From assembly GCF_001949145.1 (NCBI RefSeq), contig NW_019091355.1:2896646-2960645 (forward strand): a DNA stretch of 64,000 nt, in the 5' to 3' direction. The translations under genes were made by a program, and so were the position numbers. Origin of the DNA: Acanthaster planci. Its lineage: Eukaryota. The notes under the pieces are model-generated. The model did no database searches. It was not told the DNA's origin and was given only the letters and a program-made list of their open reading frames with translations. Shown in pieces: positions 11,380-24,696 of the stretch (positions within the stretch are counted from its first letter, which is position 1; each line of letters opens with the position of its first letter).

Positions 11380-11952
11380 GAACTGTCAGATCCCTAATGA
11401 ACAAAGCGCGCCCTCTTAGATTACTTCACGGTGTAACGTACACACCGTGCACACAGTATTGTTGCAAGACCGATCGATATCAACAAACGTGAACCCCACA
11501 CGAAATACACGTTCCGGTTTAGCTGATGATTGATGGATGATAATCTGATTTCACCTGTCCCAGCAAAACTAGCGGCGTCCAGCTCCACTTTGGCCGCGGG
11601 AGGTGTGCGTATTGTCCTCAGATCCTCCGATTCAGATTAAGTCTTTTCCACATACATCGAGCAGTTTTCAGGAAGATTTCCCGTCTGCCTATCGCTGAAT
11701 TTACCTCCAAAGGAACTTGACCTAACTCGAGCAAACTGGAAAATCTTCGTGTCAAACTTGTGGTCCGAACGCCAGTCCGGCGCGGTACATGGTCCAGCGT
11801 GCGTGGGTTTCATGAGGTACGTGGTGTTCTTCGGCCGGGAAGTTGACTGTGATTTATCTACCGTGTCAAAGCACCATTCTTCGGGTAGGTGTACCCCCAG
11901 GCGACGCCTTCGCAATCCAGCGCCATCACTTTACGCTTAGGAACAGAGTGAG
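11380..11952 (+). promoter_or_regulatory. CpG-rich promoter / probable first exon ending at a strong 5' splice site
   Basis: Local CpG enrichment against a CpG-poor background. GAG|GTAAGA donor at 11952/11953. ETS-like TTCCGG near 11512. TSS position unknown. Confidence 0.6.
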
Positions 11953-12089
11953 GTAAGACAACAAGGTCGATCGTTTTTCACGGGGGTCGTTACTCCTTTC
12001 AGCGTCAAGCTTTTGCGCAATGGCTAACGTTATTTAACATATTTGATATGTGTCAGAAAAGTTTGTTTGCTCATGAATAATAACCTTAA

Positions 12090-12140
12090 CCCTAACACTC
12101 TTCAGTCCTCCAACAGGTGAAGGATTGAGGAGGGTTAGGG
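12090..12140. mobile_element. 51-bp palindromic piggyBac-like mini element, copy 1
   Basis: TTAA|CCCTAACACTC...GAGGGTTAGGG|TTAA. Near-identical copy at 49764-49814. Confidence 0.78.
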
Positions 12141-13868
12141 TTAATAATGCCTAATGCATGTTGAACATGATCTCGCAAACAGTGCTTGAGTCTTGAGTCG
12201 ATTAATCCTTATCCAGCTAATTGTAGCTATACTAGGATACTAATTTGTTCAAATGCTGATATGCTTCAGCCGTCTTTAACTTTTAAAAAATGTTCCCTTG
12301 ATTATTTCAGTCCGACAACAGTTGTAAAAAGGGCAAATTATTTTTATTCAATTTCTATATAGTTTCCATGGCTATTACTTTCAAAAAAATTTTTTTGATG
12401 TTTTATAATTAACCTAATCAAAAATGGATTAAAATGGTGTATTTCCCATGAATATACACGCTCTCCAAATTTTGTGTTTTCATTGTAGCAGCTGGAATGG
12501 AAGTTGCACATTTGTGCAGAAAATGACTACATTACTTCCTTTATTTGTTTTAGAATATTAATACAAGCAATCCAACAAAAATGAGTAAATGGATTTTCTA
12601 AACATTCATGTTGTACCATGTGACAGTTTTGAAATACATGTATGTATGTTTTCCATCTCGCTGGTGGCTTATGTCACTTTATAACTGCACCATACTTTGA
12701 AAATCCCCATACTTTGATTATCATCAGATACAGTTAGATGTGCATCTCTTGTGATTCATGCTTTTCCACATACACCTGTGCTGAGTGATTGATGTGCCAA
12801 AGTCATTAATTGGCATTGTGTAAACAATGTTTAAGAATGACACATTCTTACAACTTGTTAGTAAGGTGTGTGTAAAAGTCACCTGGTGCAATGTAGTTGT
12901 CCAAGGAACTGTGCGTCATCTGGAAACCACCTATATTGTATTTTTTTCATCTCCCACGTCTTTTGTGTGTCTGCCTTTTCATTGTCTGGTTTCACAAAGA
13001 GACGAGACGTTGGTTGGTTGGATCCTGGGGAGGATGTATTATGACATAATGCTTGGATACCTTTTGCCAAGATACCGCTGAATATTTAAGATGTGAATTT
13101 CTTTGGACTCATTCTATTTTGGTAAGCAGTATACAACGGCTCACGAGAATGAAACAGTTCACTGTTGGTTCTGTCTGTCCCACTCTGTGTCTTAGCACCA
13201 GTTGACCTGCAGTTTTGGAGAGAAGTGTATTCATGGGAAAGTTAACCACCAGATGTCATTGACCAAGACAAGTTTAGGCATTTTCATGTATTTCACCCTC
13301 CTTGTCATTAGTAATGCACTAAAAAGATGTTGAGTTGAGCCTTAGAGAATTTGGTTTCTGTTATTAAATGGATTGTCAGTGTGGATTGGTTCTGTTGTGG
13401 ATATAGAGAGTAAATTTTTTTCAGAACAAAGTTGTGCGAATGAAAATCTTTTTTGACATATTGTGCACATGTTCATGATTTGGCTGACAGTGATTGAATG
13501 GGGTTTGGCAGAGCCTTGAAGTAAATTTATAGGGCATTGGCTGTTGATTACTTTACATTGAATGCCCTGCTGCAGTAAAATATAGATGAATTCCCCTCCA
13601 AGTTGACACCCTGGAGCCAAACCACAATAATGACTGATCTGTAAGTATGTACTGGAAAGCCTCCTCCAGCACTGTAGTGAAGTGTTATGCCCATTGAAGG
13701 CAACCCCTAAGAAACTTGGTGAAAATGCAGCCATTACCATGTGAATGACACTCGCGTCCGGTGTGGTTCAGTGCAATGAGCACTTGGCTTTCTGGACTAA
13801 ATTGGGGATCTGGAGGTGTAATACTCTGACTTCCTATCTATAAAGGTTGTACCGGCTATTAGACCCAG

Positions 13869-14105
13869 GGGCCAATTTCATAGAGCTGCTTAAGCACAAA
13901 AGTTGCTTAAGTGTGAAAAAACCTTGCTTAAAAAGCAAAGGTGACCAGCTCAAACTCTGATTGTCATGCTAACCAAAAGATGGCTAAATACAATCCTGAA
14001 ACAATTTACATGACATTGAGTTTGGGTTGGTTACCTGATTTATCAAAAAAGGTTTTCTCGTGCTTAAGCAAATTTTGTGCTTAAGCAGCTCTATGCAATT
14101 GGCCC
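13869..14105. mobile_element. PIF/Harbinger-like MITE with CAG TSD
   Basis: Long TIR GGGCCAATTTCATAGAGCTGCTTAAGCACAAAAGTTGCTTAAG / CTTAAGCAAATTTTGTGCTTAAGCAGCTCTATGCAATTGGCCC. CAG at 13866-13868 and 14106-14108. Confidence 0.88.
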
Positions 14106-14183
14106 CAGCTGGTTATGAAAGGAAACATGCCAAATGCCCCTAGCTTTCCTCTTTGTGCTGTAAGCAATTTTCAATGAAACATA

Positions 14184-14431
14184 TGGGTGATTCCAGAAAT
14201 TAGGTGTCCATTTTTTTTCATGTCCTTGTCACATCTGCCAAATGATTTTGTAAGTTCAGAACTCATTTTCTAATTTCCAAGAGTGATGAATTAATGCAAA
14301 TTACCTGCCAAACAAATAGTAATAGTTTGAAATCAATTCCGGTGATATTTCCATGTCAAATAACAAAGGTCAGATGTAACAGAGACACACAAATGTCACA
14401 CTTTTGAACCTCTAATCTCTGGAATTATTCA
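14184..14431 (-). mobile_element. MITE family A, copy 2 (inverted relative to copy 1)
   Basis: Reverse complement aligns with 595-844 throughout (e.g. GAATTAATGCAAATTACCTGCCAAACAAATAGTAATA). Flanked by TA...TA. Confidence 0.88.
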
Positions 14432-16093
14432 TATACGGATACAAAAATATTGCAAAGGGGACCAACATCAAACAGAAAGACTGCATTCAGTGAATTTGCT
14501 CAGCACAGCTCAGCTGAGAAATAATCATACCTCAGTCACACATGTTATGCATGCGGTGACCGTGTGTCAAAATTTATTGAGCAACTATAACGTGAATTTG
14601 ATGATGAAGATGTCAAATGTTTGAAAGGGGGTCAACTTACTCTTCTTGTTTTAACTGATGATGTGTAAAAGAAGTGCGTTCTCTCTGCATGACAATTAAT
14701 GCCAGATGCAAAAGTGGGTTAGTGTACTCAGAAGCTAAAACAGGAGTTTTCAAAGAACAAGGCATCTAAGCCTGCTCTCAGGACAAAAGTTAATACACTA
14801 CAGATGTAAACTTTGGATTTTCAATTCACATCCCAATCATTTAGAAGGGGTCTGCATGAATTTGAAAAGTACCATTGTGTCTGAGTCAATGTTGCAAGCT
14901 GTGTGTGATGTCGGGGTCAGGTTTCTGTTCAAGGGGTACCGGTACATGTACATGTTTTGAGATTGGACTGATATGGCTGATACCAAACGTGGACAGTGGA
15001 CATTGATATTTACGTGTTGAAATGTAAATCTGTTTACAAATTGTCCCAAACACTAACCAAACATTGAAACTCGGATCTCGGTTACATGTACCCTCTACTT
15101 TTGCCTTGCACAGAAGCACTGACGTGTGTCAGACTACTCAACAAAATGTTTGAGTCACCTCAGTGCTATGTACATGTATTTGATAACACCAAGGGAGATT
15201 TTATAAACCCTAACTGAGCCAAATCCACCTGAATCCCATGTGATTAAACACTCAACCTCAAGTGATAGTACTACATAGAATGTTTAATTTCAGACTTGAT
15301 CAGCTCTGTGCTAGCAGAGAATTCAGTACAAGAGAAGTTTTGTCACTGTTGATACTTTGTCATGTTGCATCATCATCATGAAGTGATGGCAGCTTGAGCT
15401 GCCTTAAGTATTTGATGCACATTCCTCCTGTCCTGAACTGGTACTTAGAGACTGACTTAAGCCTCACCTTGGAGGAAATTACAAAGTTGACTAGCAAGGC
15501 ATTGGAATATGCCCAGCCAGATTGTAATTCAGGGGAGGTCTTTTGGGATGCAACTATGCAGAAGCAATATTTGTGACCTCCGTCAGATTCCTGTGTCGGG
15601 ATTTAAGGCAGCCGGCCATGCACTTTCACTTTTACTCTTGTACTTTGTGGCATGGGGGTTTTATTCTTCATAGCACAATAGTGTTGTAGGTTTAACCGTG
15701 TGGTTTTGGGACCTGGGCGTGAGACCGTGATGCAGATTTCACCTTTCTGTTGTGAATTTGTGTTGCATTTCAGCCCAAAACAGGCTGGCATGATTTGCTT
15801 AATTTGGCATGCACATAAGTGTGAAAACTCACATGTGATTTTTTTTCTGAATGTCCAACTGTGTATTTTTCTTGTTGCATTTTTGTTTTTATGTTACCCA
15901 TTTTCCAACAAATTTACAGATACAAATATTTTTCCTCAAATTTAAGAAAGAGGGTAATCTATTCTCTGCTTGTAAGCAGGGGGTCCCTTGTTGCAACATC
16001 AGTCATGCTGTATCACGAACCAATCACAGCCGTATATTTTATTTCAGTTCAGTTTATTACCGTGCCATTGTAATTATATATAACAGGTTTTGC

Positions 16094-16168
16094 NNNNNNN
16101 NNNNNNNNNNNNNNNNNNNNNNNNNNNNNNNNNNNNNNNNNNNNNNNNNNNNNNNNNNNNNNNNNNNN
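16094..16168. other. Assembly gap (N run)
   Basis: Run of N. Confidence 1.
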
Positions 16169-18368
16169 ATTGTAACATACAAGGTATACACTCCTTATTG
16201 TGTCTTTTATGGTTTGGGAAAGATTTCAGGAGGTTATCCCTCTACAGTAAGTACTCTGAAAAGTGCCTTGGCTTGTACAGAAGGCCTGTCCCCACCTCCT
16301 CATTGCCTTGTTGATAGTCAGGTTTGGGCCACACATCACTGGGCCTATTTTCAGGCAAAGCAGAAATGCAAACTACAAGTGCAAACACTTGAGTCCTCTC
16401 ACCACAGTGAAGTTTGTGCAAGTGTTGTGGAAGTTGAGTATTGTTCATTTGAAGAAGTGCTCCCAGCATACCTGGCATTTTTTTTTGACAGAGGGGTGAG
16501 AATGAAACATATTTGAAACAGAAGACAATCTGTGGACGGGCTCCAGCCCTGTGATTGGAGTGTTATGACAGTCGCGTGTGAGATTCACCAGCAGTTGCTT
16601 GACCGATGTGGATCTTTTCTCTGACAAAGGGAACTTTTTATGGTCGATGTACGTGCCTCACACTCAAGTCTCAAGCCATGTTGATCCTTGATACACACCT
16701 CCTGCATCTTGGTCTTGCATTCTTCATTCTGTATATCATAAAGCTGTGGGCACAAGTGAAAACGCTAACTGCAAAGTTGGTACAATGTACCTGCTTAAAT
16801 AGACAAATAGTTGGTTCAGTGCATAAACAAAGAACTTTTTAACTGGGAGGGCTGGACTCGATAAGAAGAAGGACTCAGTGAGATGAGAACCAAAGTGACA
16901 TTCCACATCTAAAATTTGCAAGTTCTTCTGTGTCTCTGGTTCAGCTAGCTGTTTTGTCGTTCTGATTAGAGTCAAGGCAATTCAGAAACTTACTTTATGT
17001 AAATCTGCCTAACTGATTAAATCCTGAATGCATCAGATTGTCATGGGAGCAGAGCAGTCTCTTATTGCAGCCTAGCATTAAATTCTGGGGTTGTAGGCCA
17101 ACTTTCTCTAGGGTCTTCATTTTCTGTTCATTTTCAAGAGGCTTCCCCAATTCATAGTTTTTCAACCTTGGAAAGATCTTGTCTCCTTCATCCTGGTTAT
17201 TGCTTTTATTGGGAGTCAAAAAGACATAAATTAGGTTTAATGGAGGATACTTCCCCCTCCATCTTCCCCTCAGAAAGAGAAGGAGAAACCCACAAACTGT
17301 CCAGTCAGGTGTAGAAAGCATCGGCGGGTATAGTAGATGGGCTGTGGATGGGATGTTCTGTGATAATCAAAGCCGGCTCACAATGGGCTATTTAAGGAGC
17401 GGACCCTTTCGCCCCAAGATTATGTTTTGTCAAAAAAAGAAAGCCGAGAAAGGAGAGGGGGATTCTTTGAATAAAAAGAAGGTTAAATATTGGAAGAGGA
17501 TTACTTTGGACCCTGGTCAACTGATGCAAAAAAGTTTGTTGCTGTGAAAAACACTTCTACTGTTTTGTTTTTGTTGGGCATGTAAAGTTGGGGAGGGTTC
17601 TTGAGGCATGCTGTACTTTCACCGAGGTGACTGAACTGCTGATTTGCTGGCCTTCAGAGTCTGAATTCAAAGTCTGATTTTAAAGGCGGACACTGAAATG
17701 CGGCAATATTGAATGGTACATGTGGCATTCACCTGTCAAGCAAGAAACCACAGAGGATAATGGAAGAAGACAAGAGTCGACAGTCCTCCTGCAAGACTTG
17801 ACGCACGGCATAGTTCACTCTGAGTCTCGATTCAACTGTCTAAAAGTTTAAAACTTTAACTTTCTGCTCCTAGTCCTAGTCTCCTGTACATTTTTTCAGT
17901 GTGATAGACACTAGCTCCTGTGGTCTGTGCTGACTCACCTGCCATTTTCCCAAGTGGAACTTCATGATCTAGTGGCACAAAAAGATCCCAAAGTCAATAG
18001 TTGTACCAAACAACGTTAACTTGAGAGGCATGATTGAGTAAATTGAGTTTGCATGATAGGTCTGACCTACAAATACCAACTGTCCAAGAAAAAATTCTAG
18101 GGCACACTGTAATTGTTGACTTTCAATGGCAGAACTAGGGTACATTTACGGTGTGTAGAGCCTTTTAACACCAGACATGTATGTAGATAGGCCTACACAC
18201 ATACGACATCACACCTGTGCAATTCTGGGGTATGGGTAGTACCCTAGTTTGAAAAATAAAGTTATTTTGTCACTCTGAGAGATTCAATTTTAATATTCTT
18301 TGATGTCATTTAAAGTTCAACTAAACCTTCAAAGTTTGAATTCAAGCATTTTTACCAGGTAAAGAATT

Positions 18369-18512
18369 GGGCCATGTTTGTTTCACGCGGATTTGGATCA
18401 CGATCAGTGATCCATTGTTGGTTTATGGACACCAAAACGTGCCTCATGGATGGTGCAAACTAGTGCTAGGATCACTGATCAAGATCCAGATCCCTGTGAA
18501 GCAAATAGGCCC
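18369..18512. mobile_element. Degenerate Harbinger-like MITE (GGGCC termini)
   Basis: About 45-bp imperfect TIRs: GGGCCATGTTTGTTTCACGCGGATTTGGATCACGATCAGTGATCC vs reverse complement GGGCCTATTTGCTTCACAGGGATCTGGATCTTGATCAGTGATCC. TSD not clear. Confidence 0.75.
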
Positions 18513-21500
18513 TTCAACTTGCAGGTGCAAAATAACAGATCCACTGACAAAGAAAAAGAGTTTAAATAAATAACGCTTAGTCACAGATAAGATTGCAGTT
18601 GAAACAATAATCTTTGTAATCTTACCGTTTCAAAATTTAACCCCTAGCTTGCAAAGTACCAGGTTAATTCCTACCTCCAACTTTAAAAAGTCATTCAGCA
18701 AACTAGAAAAATAACTGATCAGTGACGGTTACTAACAGAGCCCTGGATACAGTTTTGTACACATTACATGTACATGTATACATATGTGGTCCCATTTGGG
18801 GGGGAGGGAACTTTGCTTGTAATTTTTGTGGTTGTGTGCTGGTATGTTAAAGCACTCATCACTGTTATATATCAATAGGCATTTGACAACCACAAATTAG
18901 ATTACCCACAAGGTCAAGGATAGGCAGCACTCAACATCAAAAGCTTTCCCAGAAAGTTGACATAATGTGGAGGCTTTCTTGGGCACCGTTTGTAATATGA
19001 GCGAACACGGATGTGTGCCACAGTGACAAGTGTAGTATGGTATGTGCTTTGACTAGTTATGTATTCGTATTGATTCAGATCGTTGGTTTAAATGGTTATT
19101 TCTGATGCCACATAGGTAGACGTTTTTCCTGTTCAGACCCATACATGTACCACTTCCGTGGGCTTGGAACCATGCTGTATACAATTTTTGAACTGCAGTA
19201 TTTCATATAGTGTGGGGCAGGCCGTGCATGAAGAGGAAAAAAGTAATGAATTGATTGTCGCAACAGTGTGACCTGTTAATTTGGTAAGTATTAGGTCCAT
19301 TTTATTAGCAGTCATGAGGTTTTCTGGAATTCAAGAATGTTCCAGCACTGACAGTGTAGTGAATTGGTTTCTACTTTGTTGGCCGAACTTCCCGAAATAT
19401 TCGTACTTAGCTGTGAACTTGTACAAATGTGTGCCATAAACAGCCTTCACAGTGTGTACATGTATTTGCATACAGTTTTATGTGTGCAAGTTGTGTCCAA
19501 ACTTAATGAAATAGAATAGGCATCTTCCATCGATACACTTACCAATCAAATAAAAAAACATGAATGCTTCAATTTGGTTTTAAAGTCTAGTTTGTTAAGA
19601 AACTTTATCTTTTGGAAAGAGACTGTTAGAGACAATTATTTCACTCCAACTGTATTTTGTATACAACAAACCTTGACTACAACAAACCTCCACAGTTTTA
19701 TGCAGCATGCAAAGGATTGAATGATTTAATCTTTTGCGTGAATATACTTGCTGACATGAACGTTATTCACTTGTTGATGTCATTTACAAACAAACATGTA
19801 CAAATCACTGTGGATGTGACTGTACCGGTAAAAGACAACAAAATTACTTGGAATACGTTTACAAGCCTGGTGAACTTTACACGCTATCCAAAAGAGTGGA
19901 TTTTTAATCCTATGCATGACTGTGCACTGACGCAGATGAACGTGTCTCTGTCATCATTATAAAGACGATTTATCGATGTATGGGGTTTGTGTCACTGTAC
20001 ACACCCGGCTTTGTGTTTGCTCAGTTTGAAGTGGTTATTGTGCTCACACAAATCCTACAGATTGCCGGTATTTGTTTTTTAAACATTATCAGTGCTTGTG
20101 TGTCCATATTGACTTTTGATATTAAATGGAGATGTACAAGAGTATGTGAAGGCATGTTGTACAGAATTGGTTGTACAACCTCAAAACTTCGTAGGAACTA
20201 AAACAGGTTGCACGTGATTACTTGGACATGGGTTGAGAGTTTGGTTGGGTGTGGTAGAGTGCAGAGTGGCACTGCACTGCATGCAGTCAGTTTGCTTGTT
20301 GAGTTTCATGTGGTACAAGTTCAGAGAAATGCGGCTTTACTTAACTTTGTTGTGTTCCATACCGATTTGCTTCAGTTTTGTTACTCATTGTGCCAAAGTT
20401 TATTTTGCTTCAACAGGTCAAACATGCTCGTAAATGATTTGGCTTGCTCGGACACCATAGTTGGTTGAGCTTGAATGATTTTGGCTTCATTTTTGACTTG
20501 GTTGATGTTTGGAATTAAATTTCCAAGCAAGTGAGAAAAATCTTAAAAGCTGACCTTTCCAACAATATTTCTCACAAACTAAACACAGTAGAGTTCAGTA
20601 AATCAGAGCCTCGGAATGAATCTTCTTTTTGCTTATTCAAAAAAACAAATCAAAAATAAGTTGTGGTAGGCCTTTATTTGCACTTCTGTGCATGTGCTAA
20701 ACAATCAGTAAACTTGTTAAAATGACACCACACGGGTATGAAATGTTTTAAGGGAACTTCACATTGCATTTTTCCTTTTGCCTGACTGCATATGGCGAGT
20801 GTAATCAGGTAAACTGCTTTTCTCAGTGTTATTACTATTTTTCGCAACCGATTAAGCAACTTAATTCCCGGACCCATCAAGTTCATCGCTTAACATTTGA
20901 AAAGCTCCAAAAATGTATGACCCAAACCCATTTTTGTCGCCCACTGCACAGATTTTACAGGCTGCCTTTTAAGCAGTGTATAAACAAGACAGTGCGTTCA
21001 CAATTCCTGTCGCTAATCCGCATAGAACCCTTCCAGAGGGCAAAAACTCAAATCCTCGGCATTCTTTTCAGCTAATTACATCCCCTTGAATGATAACAGC
21101 CTCATACCACAGGGTCCTCCGCAGCCAAACCATAAACTTGTTGTACACTATGGACTGTCTCCTCGGTGTTAAACCAGCTCGGGGAATCGTGCCTCAACCA
21201 GCAATTTTGCCTCATGTCCTGGCTTGACCTTTTCCTATGTTGTTTCACAGCTGGTTATTTTTCTTGCTCTTTCACTCTCCGATGCCCTTACTGGAAAAGC
21301 GATATTGGAAAACCAGATCCAGACATATTTGACATTCTTACCTTTGTTGTCACCCGTAAGAGTCAACTTGACAGTTTCTGACAAATAAACAGATTTCAAG
21401 ATGAAAAATAAATTCATTGTGCCCTCTTTTTTTTATTCAAAGTGGACAATAGAACATCTGTTTTGTATGTGGAACTCGTCCGGGTGTTAAGCCCTGAGGC

Positions 21501-24500
21501 TGTTGAACTTTTCTTTGTGAACTTGAACCTTAAACAGATTATCATAACAAAGATGTCATTTGTTATGCTTAGTTGCATCCGATCAGGTTAAAAACTCGAG
21601 TGTTTTGCCAGCCCAAGTGAGAAATACCCCATAGTTTGTTGAAATTCAGCTACATATACACAGAGATGCATTGAAAAACTTTTAGGATATCTTTTTTCTA
21701 TGTCGTTTCTATGTCTACTTGGTTGCACTTTGTAATGGCAGGTGTTTTTAGGCAGCCAATCTTTTTTCATAAACCTTTGCCATGTTTCGCTCACAGTGTT
21801 GGCTGTTCCATTCTTTAAAGAAGTGGGGAATTTATCGGTAAGTTCACACTACAGTATGGCTCTAGTGTTTGAAGTGTGAGGTTGGCTCAAGTGGTTTTAT
21901 TTCATTTTTATCAGCAGCATTTTTGAAGGGTTGTGGTTTTAGAAAATAACTGAAAAAAAAAATGGTGCTTTGCTTGGTTATAGGTATCCAGGCTCTCATC
22001 TCAGCCCTCTAAGCCTTATAAAAACCTGAGTTTTTAAGTCAGTATATCAGTCATCATGCTCTTAAACACCATCTGCATCTGTATCTGTAAATCATCGTCA
22101 AGTTGACATGGGGAGGAAGGTGAAGACCAGAAAGATGTCATAAAAAACACTTGTGTATGACATCAGAGTTCATGATTGCCTGGTGAGTTGCACAGAAGTG
22201 TGTTAACTTTATTCTGAATCACATGTCACTGCACTCCCTTCCTTGAGGAAAATCGCCCAGCAATTACGGCCCCCTTTTACCCCCAAGAAGTTGGTCTTTC
22301 CCTCACTGACCAGACCCACAGAACGGCCTCCACTCACAGGCCAATAAACCAGGCAATTTCTTCTGCGTGGCAGCACTGGGACATTCCCTCAAAAGTGGGA
22401 AATGTTTTTTGAAAGAGCATTGGAAGACCTGCCAGCACCCACCTCTACACCCTCCCTACTGTATTCAAGAGGTGTTATGAGCCGGTGGTATTTATTGTTG
22501 GCTATAAATGCCTTGTCCCAACCACAGAGGATAATCATCCAACAATCTTGGAAGCTAAGTGATTGTTGGTGAGTGTTCAAACTCTGATTCAGACTTTGGA
22601 AGTTGCGTATATGTATAAATAACACATGTACTGTTTGAGAAACCTGTTTTAGTGCCCCGCTACCAGTGTGCAATGTTAACAAAAGGATATGCACCAAGGA
22701 ATCGTCATACATGCACGTGTACCACTGGTATTTATTGTTGGCTTTGTTCTAGCACAAAGGACACAAAAATAGCCACTCCAGCTAAGTTGAAGGCTGTAAC
22801 CTGGTCAAGAGGTGTTAGTTCAAATGACAACAATTTCCCAGAAAGTTACCATGTGGATGTGGAGTGTGTCACCTCAAGCACAGAAGTTAAAGTTGACAGT
22901 ACCAAAGATAAATCAACCCACACACATACAACTTACAGTATTTTGAAAGAAGTGATATCATGAGAGATTAGTGGCAAGATGTGGTCAACACTCTTTGCTT
23001 ATTGTTCACATATATGTAGCTCCGGGACCCATAAACACAAATCCTTATTTTTTTAAATTTAATTTATTCAACCATTTTCTTCCCTACTGGGCAGAAAATT
23101 AACACAAACATGATTTTGTGACATCACATCACAACTGTTTACGCCGTGAATTTGCATGAAGTTGAACACATTTCAACTCAAGCAACTTTCTCTGGGAACA
23201 TTTTGCTTCACTTTCACACTTGAAGTATGAATTGGCCTCCACAAGGAAACACTCACAAAAGAAATACCACAATCCACCCATGCAACCTGCCATCTGCTTT
23301 GGTTTCTCAAATTCTCAGGAAACAAGTGAAAAAAAGGACATATGATCGTGCAGCCTGGCTCTTTGGCACAATAGGTTTTCACATTTTCGCAAAATTTCTT
23401 TGAAATAGCATGCAGTGTTGCATTTTCACCAGAAACGGGATTTTGGTTTCAACCTCATACATGTACACGTAGCAAATGTAATGAGGGAACTTCCTCTGTT
23501 CTTTGAAACAGTCAGACCCGTAATGTACCAGTTGACTTTTTTTCCTGTAAATTATACTCACTTTTGTTACCTCTGATATTTCCTCATACTATGCAAGTGT
23601 TCCATTTCAAAATATGTTGATGCTTTGGATGTTTAGAAGAGTTAATATTGTGATCTGATTTCTCATACGTATTCCAAAATTTTCAAGTATGTACAGCCAT
23701 TGAAGTTTTTCAACTTCGTGCAAACTGAAAGTTATCTGCATTCCAGTCGATGAAATATGAAAATGTACTGCTTTGTTCATTTTTGCTTTGGACAAGCAGA
23801 AATGTGGAACAAGATGACAAGGAGATTTGCGGGAACTTTCTTTTTGATGTTCTTGTAAAGTCTTGTTTGTTAATGTTTTGGTGGATGATGTTAAGAGAAC
23901 ACGCTTCAAGCCATACTTGGACTGAACTGTACACAGTGTGACCTGTTGGTCTCCCCGTCTCGTACAAAAAAGGCTACCACTCTCCTTTCTCCGTCATGGC
24001 CCAGCAGGTCGCCAAATCAAGCTGTCTGCCCTCCCCTCTGATCTCCAACCCCTCTAGGCCAGGGAGTCAGGCCTCTCACCACAGGTAGAGCCTGAAACAC
24101 GAGCCCTTGACAAAATACCCAGCATTCCACCTGCGTTCCTGTGCCAGTGTGTGTCCACCTTTTCCTCCTGTGCATGTACAAGTGCATGTACTCCTGCTGC
24201 ATCTTGAAGTGTTTTGAGCTGTACATGACACGTAGTCACTTGCGTCATAGGTCTTTTATGTATTTATTTCACGGCTGTCCAAATTTCATTTTGCCTAATG
24301 AAAATGCTGAGTTTCATTCCACTCAGCAGCAAGTAGATGAAAACACTCCCTTGGCAGGGTAGATGTATCTTGTATCTCTCTGGTTCTGGGTTCTCCAGGG
24401 AAAGACATTATGATCCAAACGAGATAGGCGCCTGTACTTTATAATCTTTCAGAAATAATGGGTCAATAAATTACTTGGAGTCTATTGAAGCAGGGGAGAT

Positions 24501-24640
24501 GTTTGTATGTTCTGTTTACAGTCAGTATACAGTACAATTTGCATGTAATAATTAAATGTTTTACTTGGAATTGTAACCAGAATGGATTGTTCCTGGGGCA
24601 CTTATGTAATATTGGCATACAATATTGGTACATCAAGGCG

Positions 24641-24696
24641 TAGGTACCACATGTACATGTTTAGGACCATATGTACATGTTTAGGACCACATGTTT
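24641..24696. repeat. 20-bp tandem repeat (about 2.7 copies) built around CATGTACATGT
   Basis: TAGG(T)ACCA(C/T)ATGTACATGTT repeated. Confidence 0.8.

Noticed and set aside
13752..13830. tRNA-like / SINE-head-like stretch (TGGTTCAGTG A-box-like); similar weak hints near 41122 and 43661
   Set aside because: B box degenerate and no cloverleaf. Cannot support a tRNA gene or a defined SINE.
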